A stretch of 47,275 bases of DNA from the NCBI GenBank assembly GCA_036520695.1, contig DATDJD010000375.1, forward strand, positions 1-47,275, given 5' to 3'. This document shows, in pieces, positions 25,217 to 32,306 of this stretch (position 1 is the first letter of the stretch; each line of letters begins with the position of its first letter). A model generated the notes under the pieces. That model had not been told where the DNA came from. It was given only the letters and a program-made list of their open reading frames with translations, and ran no database searches. This stretch comes from Actinomycetota bacterium. GTDB lineage: Bacteria; Actinomycetota; UBA4738; HRBIN12. The position numbers were made by a program, and so were the translations under genes.

Positions 25217-25775
25217 GATGCGCGGGCGCTACCTAATGCGCGAGTTCTGGCAGGACGCAGAGATCCAGATTGACCTCTCCGACTCGGAGCGCTGGACGCT
25301 GGTCGGGTTGTGGATGCTGGCAGATGACGGGGGTTTCCTGGACTGGGATCTGCGGTACATCGGTAGCCAGCTGTACAACCATGAGGACCGCGCCGAACGC
25401 GAGCAGAAGGTAACCGACCACCTGGCCGCGATCGTGCGTGCCAAGAAGGCCAAGAAGTTCGCTTGCGGGCACGTGTTCCTGCCAGCCGCTGCCGAGTACG
25501 GTCGACCGGGGCGGAAGCTGCACGGGGTGGGCGATTATGGTGCTCGGGATGCTCATGCTGGGGAACCTTCTCGAAAGATGGGGCAACATTCTTCAAAGAA
25601 TGGTCAACGATCAGAAAAGATTACTCCACCTTACCTTACCTCACCTAACCTCAACCCTTCTCCAACCAGTCCTTTAGAGAGTTGTAAACCACGCGCTCGC
25701 CCGCGAGGGGCGGCGCTGTCCACCGTCGGCGACGAGATCGGCGAACTGAAGCGGAAGGTGGGCTGGGAAGGATGA
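25203..25775 (+). CDS. hypothetical protein, possible replication organiser (start uncertain)
   Basis: 190 aa. The N-terminus (FWQDAEIQIDLSDSERWTLVGLWMLADDGGFLDWD) resembles phage replisome-organiser N-domains. The 3' third is a low-GC repeat patch. Alternative ATGs are at 25218 and 25236. Confidence 0.4.
   Translation: MPVREMRGRYLMREFWQDAEIQIDLSDSERWTLVGLWMLADDGGFLDWDLRYIGSQLYNHEDRAEREQKVTDHLAAIVRAKKAKKFACGHVFLPAAAEYGRPGRKLHGVGDYGARDAHAGEPSRKMGQHSSKNGQRSEKITPPYLTSPNLNPSPTSPLESCKPRARPRGAALSTVGDEIGELKRKVGWEG
25565..25690. other. low-GC iteron-like patch (candidate replication origin) inside CDS 25203..25775
   Basis: Three ~21-bp units (GAAAGATGGGGCAAC / CAAAGAATGGTCAAC / GAAAAGATTACTCCA) are followed by pentamer repeats at 25627-25656 (ACCTT ACCTT ACCTC ACCTA ACCTC). 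The patch is much more AT-rich than its flanks. Confidence 0.35.
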
Positions 25776-25780
25776 TCTGA

Positions 25781-25813
25781 CCCCTTTACTTCTGTCGGTT
25801 AGTCCGGCATCAT
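25781..25813 (+). promoter_or_regulatory. promoter-like motif P3 (CCCCTTTACT, 17 nt, CATCAT)
   Basis: The -35 TTTACT is at 25785-25790 and the -10 CATCAT is at 25808-25813. The geometry matches the other five, but the upstream run is C rather than G. Confidence 0.45.
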
Positions 25814-26008
25814 TCGTGGTCGGACGGTGCGACGTGGTCACGGATGTCAAGGTCGGGACTAACAGACACCGGCACTACTTGGGAGAAGTTCGCCGCCTAA
25901 CGGCTGTGCGCTCCATTTCCTTCGGCCACTAGCGTGGTCGTCCCCTGGGTGCTCCGGCCACTCCCGGCCACCGTCCAACAATCGGATCTGACAGGAAAGG
26001 ATCAAGCA

Positions 26009-27109
26009 GTGACTGACTCCATCGCCGCATTCGAAGCGCGGATCGTCCCCGAACTGGCGCAGTTCGTCCGTCCCATCGGGGACGCCACGAGGCACCCGGA
26101 CAACATCCGCAAGCATCGCATCGACAAGATCGCGCAGAGCCTCCGGGCCCACGGCCAGCGCGCCGCCATCGTGGTCCAGAAGTCCACCGGCCTGATCGTG
26201 AAGGGCAACGGCACCCATGAAGCCGCGGAGCTTCTGGGGTGGACCGACATCGCGCAGATCTGGCAGGAGATGACCGACGAGGAAGCGTTGGCGTTCCTGT
26301 TCGCTGACAACAAGGCCAGCGACTTCAGCAGCTACGACCGGGACAAGACCGTGGCCGGGTTGAAGAAGCTCGCCGCTGGCCCGGGCCTGTTCGACTCCCT
26401 GTGGGAGATCGAGGAACTGGAGGATCTGGTCGAGCAAGCCGATGGCATGGCCGTTCTGGAAGCGCAGGGCACCACCGCAAGCCTGGCCACGGCAACCGCT
26501 GGCGGCACGCCGATCACCGAGGCTGCCAAGGCACCCCCGGAGCGGATGAAGGAGATCCCGCTGGTCATGACCCTGGCGGACCACTCGAAGTTCGTCGAGT
26601 CCCTGAAGGTGTTGGCCAAGCTGTTCAAGACCAACGGCACCATCGCCACCATCGTGGAAGCCGTGCGTCGCCAGGCTGCGGCCGAAGCGGGCGCACCGAT
26701 CGTCGGTTCGGCCGATCAGGATGCCGTGGTGTACGGAGCGCAGCGGGCGCTGGTCAAGGAACTGCGCGACTACATCGCCACCCAAGGCATCGAACGATCC
26801 TACTCCGGTACCTGGCTGATGGCGCAGCTGGAGTCGATGGTCCCGTACCGCGCGCAGCCAACGGCTGAGCCGGTGGTCGTTGGGCAAGTGGAAGCCTTCC
26901 CGGAGGGTGCAGAGGAGGCACCCGCAGTCAGCCCGCTACGGTCGCCGGATCCCCTCCCGGTGGCCGTAGCAGAGGCTGATACCGAGGACGACGTCGAGGC
27001 GCTCGAGATGCTGGCCCGGATCCGCAAAGGTGACGCCATGCCGCTGGTCCAAGCGCAGGCCGCAGCCGTCCTCGCCGCAGAGGCAGCCGATCCGAGCGCT
27101 GAACTGTGA
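26009..27109 (+). CDS. ParB-like nuclease domain protein
   Basis: GTG start after ggaaaggatcaagca; 366 aa. The N-terminus (HPDNIRKHRIDKIAQSLRAHGQRAAIVV...IVKGNGTHEAAELLGW) is ParB/Srx-like. Confidence 0.7.
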   Translation: MTDSIAAFEARIVPELAQFVRPIGDATRHPDNIRKHRIDKIAQSLRAHGQRAAIVVQKSTGLIVKGNGTHEAAELLGWTDIAQIWQEMTDEEALAFLFADNKASDFSSYDRDKTVAGLKKLAAGPGLFDSLWEIEELEDLVEQADGMAVLEAQGTTASLATATAGGTPITEAAKAPPERMKEIPLVMTLADHSKFVESLKVLAKLFKTNGTIATIVEAVRRQAAAEAGAPIVGSADQDAVVYGAQRALVKELRDYIATQGIERSYSGTWLMAQLESMVPYRAQPTAEPVVVGQVEAFPEGAEEAPAVSPLRSPDPLPVAVAEADTEDDVEALEMLARIRKGDAMPLVQAQAAAVLAAEAADPSAEL

Positions 27110-27501
27110 CCTTCGCACAGTGCACCGACTGCCCTGGGACAGTGATCGTCGGGCGGTACTCCACCATCACCGTCCCCCGGGTGGATGAGGAAGGCTTCCC
27201 CCAGCTGGGATCCGATGGGACGTTGCGCTACATCACGTTGCGGCTGCCCAATCACCGGGCCAGGTTCGTGTCCAGTAGCGGGCCGGACGTTCCGCACAGC
27301 ACCTTCGATCCGACCGGCCTTGCTCCGGCCGAATGCCAGCACGGGATCCCCGAGCATCCCGACGGAGTGCGACTGCGGTACGGTGGTCAGAGTTGGATCC
27401 GGTCGAAGTACCTCGATGTGGGTCGGGGGATCGGGGTGACCTGCCCTGTCTGCCGTGGCGAGGAAGCTCCCGAGGATCTGACCACTCCGAGAGTGGCGTG
27501 A
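27106..27501 (+). CDS. hypothetical zinc-ribbon protein (CTDC...CPVC)
   Basis: GTGA overlap start; 131 aa. Confidence 0.55.
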   Translation: MTFAQCTDCPGTVIVGRYSTITVPRVDEEGFPQLGSDGTLRYITLRLPNHRARFVSSSGPDVPHSTFDPTGLAPAECQHGIPEHPDGVRLRYGGQSWIRSKYLDVGRGIGVTCPVCRGEEAPEDLTTPRVA

Positions 27502-28496
27502 CCACCTATCGGCCCGTTCTCTCTGAGCATTCGGGCGACTGGCACGTCGAGAAGTTCGCGGAGTTCGATCGCCTGAAGGCACAGCTTGGCGAGCCGACCC
27601 CGCACATGAACATCGTCCGCTGGATGTCATCCGATGCAGATGATAGCGAACGACTGTGGCGGGCTGGAGCCTATGCCGCGGGCTACTCCGTCCTGACCGC
27701 AGAGGCGATCTGGCGGGAGTGGCCGGTGGAACGGGCAACGTCGGACCTGGCCGGACTGGAGGACTGGATCTTCGACAACTGGCAGGGCATCCACACCCGT
27801 ACCCCACGGCGGGCAGTTCGGACCCCGGATAAGTTCTTCCGCTGCCTGGCCAGCTACATCGACTGGATGCAGGCCGAACCGTTGCTGCACGATCGCTACG
27901 GCTACGACGCACCGTACGACGAGTGGTGGGCGTCGGCCAACAAGATCGACTTCATGGGCCGCTACATCGTCATCCGGCTGCTCGAGCTGCTGCGCCGCTG
28001 GGACTTCATGTCGGCGGAGCTGTATGACATCCGAGCGATGGAGGCCGAGTCCCCGATCCGGTGCCTGACGCTGCTGGTGCCCGAACGGGCCGGACCGCTG
28101 CTGGCGGGCGATACCAAGGTAGCGGACGAGATGGCCGACCTCATCTTGCGGGTGGCGTCGTCGGACCGGTCGTACTTCCGGTTCGCCGCGCTGCTCTGCG
28201 AGTACCGTAAGTCCTACGAGAACCAGGGCGACTACCCGGGCAACCAGACCGATGAGGAGTTGGGGTACACCTTCTCGAGGTACGCCACCTGGTGGTCTGA
28301 GCGAGGCCACGAGACGCAGCTGTTCGCGGCTCGCCGAGCGCTGGTGCCGGAGCAGGCGCGCGGCGAGAACCACGGCTGGGTTGGCCAACGGAAGCTGGCC
28401 GGATCCGCACTCCGCGAACACGGCGTCAATTGGACAGATATGCGTTACGATTGGGCTGCCTCGGAAGCAGCAGGAAGGCCGAAGGAATGGACGTAA
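27498..28496 (+). CDS. all-alpha protein of unrecognised family (candidate base-modifying transferase / aGPT-Pplase-like, by context only)
   Basis: GTGA overlap start; 332 aa. Trp/Arg-rich and helical (WRAGAYAAGYSVLTAEAIWREW, FMGRYIVIRLLELLRRW). Lies immediately upstream of the phosphatase, kinase and dioxygenase genes. Confidence 0.3.
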   Translation: MTTYRPVLSEHSGDWHVEKFAEFDRLKAQLGEPTPHMNIVRWMSSDADDSERLWRAGAYAAGYSVLTAEAIWREWPVERATSDLAGLEDWIFDNWQGIHTRTPRRAVRTPDKFFRCLASYIDWMQAEPLLHDRYGYDAPYDEWWASANKIDFMGRYIVIRLLELLRRWDFMSAELYDIRAMEAESPIRCLTLLVPERAGPLLAGDTKVADEMADLILRVASSDRSYFRFAALLCEYRKSYENQGDYPGNQTDEELGYTFSRYATWWSERGHETQLFAARRALVPEQARGENHGWVGQRKLAGSALREHGVNWTDMRYDWAASEAAGRPKEWT

Positions 28497-28939
28497 CCAA
28501 CCGCAAACGGCAAGGGGTGAACGCCATCATCCCGGGGCTGCTCTACCAGCGAGGTCACTTCCTGACCTGGCCGCACGAGCGCAAGATGACCATGCTGGAG
28601 GAACTCGGGATCTCCGTCGTCATCAACCTGTGGCACCGGGTGGACTCCGATCTGAGTCAGGACATCCCCGGGACGTTCTACATCAACGCACCGATGTCCC
28701 CGAGCGCCATGCCGCGGGACGCACGATCGCTGCTCGACTTCGCGGGCAAGCTGCTGGCAGCAGGGCATGTGACCCTCGTCCACTGCGAGGCAGGTAAGGG
28801 TCGTTCGGCGTGGTTTGCGACGCGCCTGATGGCGGAACGGTTGGGGATCTCGAAGGCGGAAGCCTGGCAGATCGTGCAACAGGCAGTGCCAGGCAACAGC
28901 GTGCACGGGCCGCTGCTGCGCGATCTGACGGAGGAGTAA
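28487..28939 (+). CDS. Cys-based (dual-specificity/PTP-fold) phosphatase
   Basis: 150 aa. The P-loop VHCEAGKGRS fits HCx5R(S/T). RBS is gaagga. Confidence 0.75.
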   Translation: MDVTNRKRQGVNAIIPGLLYQRGHFLTWPHERKMTMLEELGISVVINLWHRVDSDLSQDIPGTFYINAPMSPSAMPRDARSLLDFAGKLLAAGHVTLVHCEAGKGRSAWFATRLMAERLGISKAEAWQIVQQAVPGNSVHGPLLRDLTEE

Positions 28940-28942
28940 GGA

Positions 28943-29488
28943 ATGGACGCACTCTACGTAATCGGAGAACCAGGGGTGGGCAAGTCAACGTTCGTGAAAC
29001 GGCTGACCGACGGCCTACCGCACGAGGACGGCACCAGCCCGTTCGCCTTCCGGGCCTACGACTGCGGAGTCTACGAGTTGGGCGCGCGTCGCCCGGACTA
29101 CCCTGGCACGGATGCACTAGGTATGTCGGTTCAGCCGATCGTCGAGCAGTTCCTGGAGGGAATGAAGCCGCTGTATCTGCTGGCTGAGGGGGACCGGTTG
29201 GCGAATGCCAAGTTCTTTGACTTCCTCATCAGGATCGGGTACAATCTGCACGTGGTCATCTTGCGCGGACCGGAGGTCGCAGCGGTGCAGCGGAAGCTGC
29301 GCGGCTCGAACCAGGACCCGACGTGGCTGAAGGGGCGGCAGACCAAGGTGGCACGACTGGCCGAGCGGTTCGGTGGGGACGTGGTCGCGGCGGGCCGTCC
29401 CCTGGCGCAGATGGTCGAGGACGTGAACAATCCCGTGACGGAGCGGCTCGCCGAGGCGCGAGTCCTGGAGGCACTCGATGCAGTTTAG
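28943..29488 (+). CDS. P-loop kinase/NTPase (candidate 5-hydroxymethylpyrimidine DNA kinase)
   Basis: 181 aa. Walker A is GEPGVGKST at residues 8-16. LYLLAEGD is Walker B-like. Confidence 0.6.
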   Translation: MDALYVIGEPGVGKSTFVKRLTDGLPHEDGTSPFAFRAYDCGVYELGARRPDYPGTDALGMSVQPIVEQFLEGMKPLYLLAEGDRLANAKFFDFLIRIGYNLHVVILRGPEVAAVQRKLRGSNQDPTWLKGRQTKVARLAERFGGDVVAAGRPLAQMVEDVNNPVTERLAEARVLEALDAV

Positions 29489-30479
29489 CGAGATCCGCGT
29501 TCGCACCCGCATCCACCCCGACGAACTGGAAGCCAAGAAGGGCCTCGTCCTCGAATCTGGTGATCTGGATATCCAACTCACCGGGCCGACGATCGTCAAG
29601 AAGGCCACCGGGGAACGGTTGGCGACGTACCTGCCCGGTGTTCTGAAGGACCTGTCGGAGCCGATGTACGACATCCTCCATGGCCTGAAGGGCTACCAGA
29701 CCGACAACCGCGGGCTGGCATCCGGGTCTGGCCGAGGAGCGATGCGCGCTGGCCGGGAGTTGGCGGAACAGGTTGCGGAAGGGCAGTCTCGGACCCGGTC
29801 GATGCCGATCAGTAGCGCGATCGTCGGCAGCTTCGACGCCAAGCCACCCAAGAACTACTGCCGACTGACCGCCTGGACCGGCAAGGAGTGGGAGCAATAC
29901 CGTGGGTTGTTCCCATACTTCCAGCGGATCGGCGCTCACTTCGCCGAGCACGTGCCAGATCGGTACGCGGCGCAGATGGACGTGGTGAGTGAAACCAACC
30001 CGGATTGGGTGATCGAGGGGACACCCTTCTCGACCGCAACCGTAAATAACAGTTATCCCACAGGCGTGCACACCGATAGCGGCGACCTGGAGTCCGGCTT
30101 CAGCAACCTGGCAGTCATCCGGCGCGGCAACTACAGCGGCGGGATCTTCACCTTTGCCGAGTACCGCATCGGGGTTGACATGCAGGACGGGGACCTGCTG
30201 CTGATGGACGCGCACGAGTGGCACGGCAACACGAGCATGTGGTGCAACGTGTGCGGCGACCGCATCGGCCCGGGTGGCCGCGACGACCACGACGTGACCT
30301 GCGGGGTGGAACGGATTTCCACGGTGGCGTACTATCGAACCAAAGTCGCGAAGTGCGGATCCGCCGAGGAGGAGCAACGCCGGGCCATCGCGTGGCGGGA
30401 GCGCACGATTGCACTCGGCGGCGGGGCCGTCGACCCCGAAGTCATCGAGCAGATGGCTGCTGAAGCGGCGGGCGGCTAA
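29478..30479 (+). CDS. 2OG-Fe(II) dioxygenase, TET/JBP-like (candidate DNA base hydroxylase)
   Basis: 333 aa. Has VNNSYPTGVHTDSGD (HxD). A second His in AHEWHGNT lies ~49-52 residues later. A distal Arg sits in ERISTVAYYR. A CNVC...HDVTC insert lies between the His and Arg strands. Confidence 0.6.
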   Translation: MQFSEIRVRTRIHPDELEAKKGLVLESGDLDIQLTGPTIVKKATGERLATYLPGVLKDLSEPMYDILHGLKGYQTDNRGLASGSGRGAMRAGRELAEQVAEGQSRTRSMPISSAIVGSFDAKPPKNYCRLTAWTGKEWEQYRGLFPYFQRIGAHFAEHVPDRYAAQMDVVSETNPDWVIEGTPFSTATVNNSYPTGVHTDSGDLESGFSNLAVIRRGNYSGGIFTFAEYRIGVDMQDGDLLLMDAHEWHGNTSMWCNVCGDRIGPGGRDDHDVTCGVERISTVAYYRTKVAKCGSAEEEQRRAIAWRERTIALGGGAVDPEVIEQMAAEAAGG

Positions 30480-30928
30480 TGCCACGCAAGGGCTACAAGC
30501 AATCGCCCGAACACATTGCCGCGAGGATCTCCCCGCTGGTAGGCCGTAAGCGCGGGCCGATGAGCGATGAGCAGAAGGCCAAGCAAAGCGCGATTATGAA
30601 GGGCCGGGTGCTTACCCCGGAACACCGCGCGAAGGTGATCCAGACGCTGCGGCCGGGAACCTTCAATCGGGGCCGAAGGCGTGGCCCGTGGTCGGACGAG
30701 GTCCGCGCCAGGATCGGGGCCTCCGGCAAGGGCAAGCACTCGGAGCCGTGGCCGGTCAAAGGTGAGTGCGTCTACTGCGGCGGTGAGGCGACCACCCGCG
30801 ACCATGTCATCCCCAAAGGGCGTCCGGGCTGGGAAGCTCCGGACAACCTCGTGTTGGCTTGCCTGCCGTGCAACGCGAGCAAGGGACCGCGCACTCCGGA
30901 AGAGTGGCTCGCGGCGCTCACCTCGTGA
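30479..30928 (+). CDS. HNH homing endonuclease with three NUMOD3-like repeats
   Basis: 149 aa. The repeats are GYKQSPEHIAARIS, GRVLTPEHRAKVIQ and GPWSDEVRARIGAS. The HNH part is CVYCGGEATTRDHVIP...DNLVLACLPCNASK. Confidence 0.75.
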   Translation: MPRKGYKQSPEHIAARISPLVGRKRGPMSDEQKAKQSAIMKGRVLTPEHRAKVIQTLRPGTFNRGRRRGPWSDEVRARIGASGKGKHSEPWPVKGECVYCGGEATTRDHVIPKGRPGWEAPDNLVLACLPCNASKGPRTPEEWLAALTS

Positions 30929-31212
30929 TGATCTGCGGTGACCGGGTGCGCCTGGCCGCAGAACTCAGCCTATGCGACGACGGAACAATCGTCCACCGTG
31001 ACATCACCGGCATGGTGGTGGGTGGCAAGGGGAAGGATGGAGTGGTGGTGTCATGGGACGACCCGCGCGGACTTACGAGCCTCGTCCGGGAGCCGGACCT
31101 ACAGACCATCAACCGTGCCGGGGGTTCCCCGAGGACAAGCCTTGTGTCGTCACCGTACCCGCGACGACGCTCTACTGTCGTTCCTGCCGGGAAGCTCGCC
31201 AGCAGTTCATAG
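30925..31212 (+). CDS. hypothetical protein, upstream frame of a possibly split gene
   Basis: GTGA overlap start. It reads as protein-like up to ...LVREPDLQTINRAGG (about 31124) and then becomes S/R/P-rich. Confidence 0.4.
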   Translation: MMICGDRVRLAAELSLCDDGTIVHRDITGMVVGGKGKDGVVVSWDDPRGLTSLVREPDLQTINRAGGSPRTSLVSSPYPRRRSTVVPAGKLASSS

Positions 31213-31406
31213 CGGCAGGTATCCCGCTGTCCGGGGTGCTGCCCATCGGGATCATCTTGGAGGACTTCAACGCACCGCTGCTGGTGTGTCGCTGCGGTGG
31301 CGACCCGACCGCACCGAACCATCGCTTCTCGCTGACGCACCGGGCCTGGGAGTGGAAGCAGAGTAGCCCGGAAGGAGCGTTCCAGGACCGCCGAAAGTTT
31401 GTGTAG
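31053..31406 (+). CDS. hypothetical Cys-rich protein, downstream frame of a possibly split gene
   Basis: Protein-like from about 31116 (PCRGFPEDKPCVVTVPATTLYCRSC...). The only start codon is ATG 31053, which lies 160 nt inside the upstream ORF. Confidence 0.35.
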   Translation: MGRPARTYEPRPGAGPTDHQPCRGFPEDKPCVVTVPATTLYCRSCREARQQFIAAGIPLSGVLPIGIILEDFNAPLLVCRCGGDPTAPNHRFSLTHRAWEWKQSSPEGAFQDRRKFV

Positions 31407-31409
31407 AAA

Positions 31410-31444
31410 GGGGGGTTTACATTTCGCAACGGATGGCGCATGAT
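31410..31444 (+). promoter_or_regulatory. promoter-like motif P4 (GGGGGGTTTACA, 17 nt, CATGAT)
   Basis: The -35 is at 31416-31421 and the -10 is at 31439-31444. The spacer shares cGGATGGCGCAT with P1. Confidence 0.6.
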
Positions 31445-31489
31445 TACGTCAACGGGTCGAACGGAGGACCCGGCAGACGGAAGGAATGG

Positions 31490-31795
31490 ATGAAGATGGC
31501 TGAGATCACCGGGTTCTGGATGGCTAGCAATGAGACCATCCACGCGGCGGGTTGCGCTCACGCGATCAAGCTCCGCGTACTGTTCGATGCTCCCACGATC
31601 GAATACGCGAAGAAGTACGCCGACGAGCCCCGAAACGTGCGCGTGGCGCCGTGCGCCAAGAAGGCGGTGGCGAAGAAGCGCAAGACGTTCAACCCGGGAC
31701 CGGGCGATGGGAACTGCTTTCATTGCGGCACCAACGGCGAGGCGCACGCTAGGATCGGTGGGTTCCCAGTCTACTGCCCGGAGCCGGTTCGATGA
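31490..31795 (+). CDS. hypothetical protein
   Basis: RBS ggaagga at 31479-31485. Start is ATG 31490 or 31496; 101 aa. Confidence 0.55.
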   Translation: MKMAEITGFWMASNETIHAAGCAHAIKLRVLFDAPTIEYAKKYADEPRNVRVAPCAKKAVAKKRKTFNPGPGDGNCFHCGTNGEAHARIGGFPVYCPEPVR

Positions 31796-31950
31796 TCTGC
31801 AAGCAGTGCGGCATCGACACTCCCCGCCTTCGCCTACGTCAGCGCTACTGCCCGACCTGCGAGGTCGCGGTCGAGAAGCAGCTGCGATGGTTCGCGCGGA
31901 TCCCGCGTTGGCCGTTCGGCAAGGATCTGACGTGGTGGGTGCGGGCATGA
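31792..31950 (+). CDS. small zinc-ribbon protein (not in the supplied ORF track)
   Basis: ATGA overlaps at both ends; 52 aa. Sequence is MICKQCGIDTPRLRLRQRYCPTCEVAVEKQLRWFARIPRWPFGKDLTWWVRA. Confidence 0.5.
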   Translation: MICKQCGIDTPRLRLRQRYCPTCEVAVEKQLRWFARIPRWPFGKDLTWWVRA

Positions 31951-32306
31951 GCCAGCGCAATCTGGTCCTGCGCCTGCTCCGTGAGGCCGGACCCGAAGGG
32001 GTCGATAATCACGCTCTCGTATATGTCTATGGCGTGACGAGAGCCGCGTCCATCGTCCACGGCTTGCGGATCGATGGGCATCCCGTCGATACCATCGACC
32101 GCGGGTTCGCACCCGACGGTAGGCGAAGGCTCTGCACCTACGTCCTCAGAGGCGCTCAGGCGTCCCAGGCGGCTCCCGCGATCCCAAGTGAGCCAGGTGC
32201 GCCCGCTCCCGAGCTACCGCTGCCCTGTGGCTGTATTCGAGCCGCTGGCGGGATGGCGTGGAAGTCGCGTTGCGAGCGCCACGATCGGAACCAGGAGGCG
32301 ATATGA
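31947..32306 (+). CDS. winged-helix/HTH DNA-binding protein
   Basis: ATGA overlap start; 119 aa. Has LVLRLLREAGPEGVDNHALVYVYGVTRAASIVHGLRIDGHPV. Confidence 0.5.
   Translation: MSQRNLVLRLLREAGPEGVDNHALVYVYGVTRAASIVHGLRIDGHPVDTIDRGFAPDGRRRLCTYVLRGAQASQAAPAIPSEPGAPAPELPLPCGCIRAAGGMAWKSRCERHDRNQEAI

Noticed and set aside
25627-25656. The ACCTN pentamer run as an attP core.
   Set aside because: No integrase or excisionase is recognisable anywhere in the genome. The context (iterons and a low-GC patch inside a replisome-organiser-like gene) fits an origin better.
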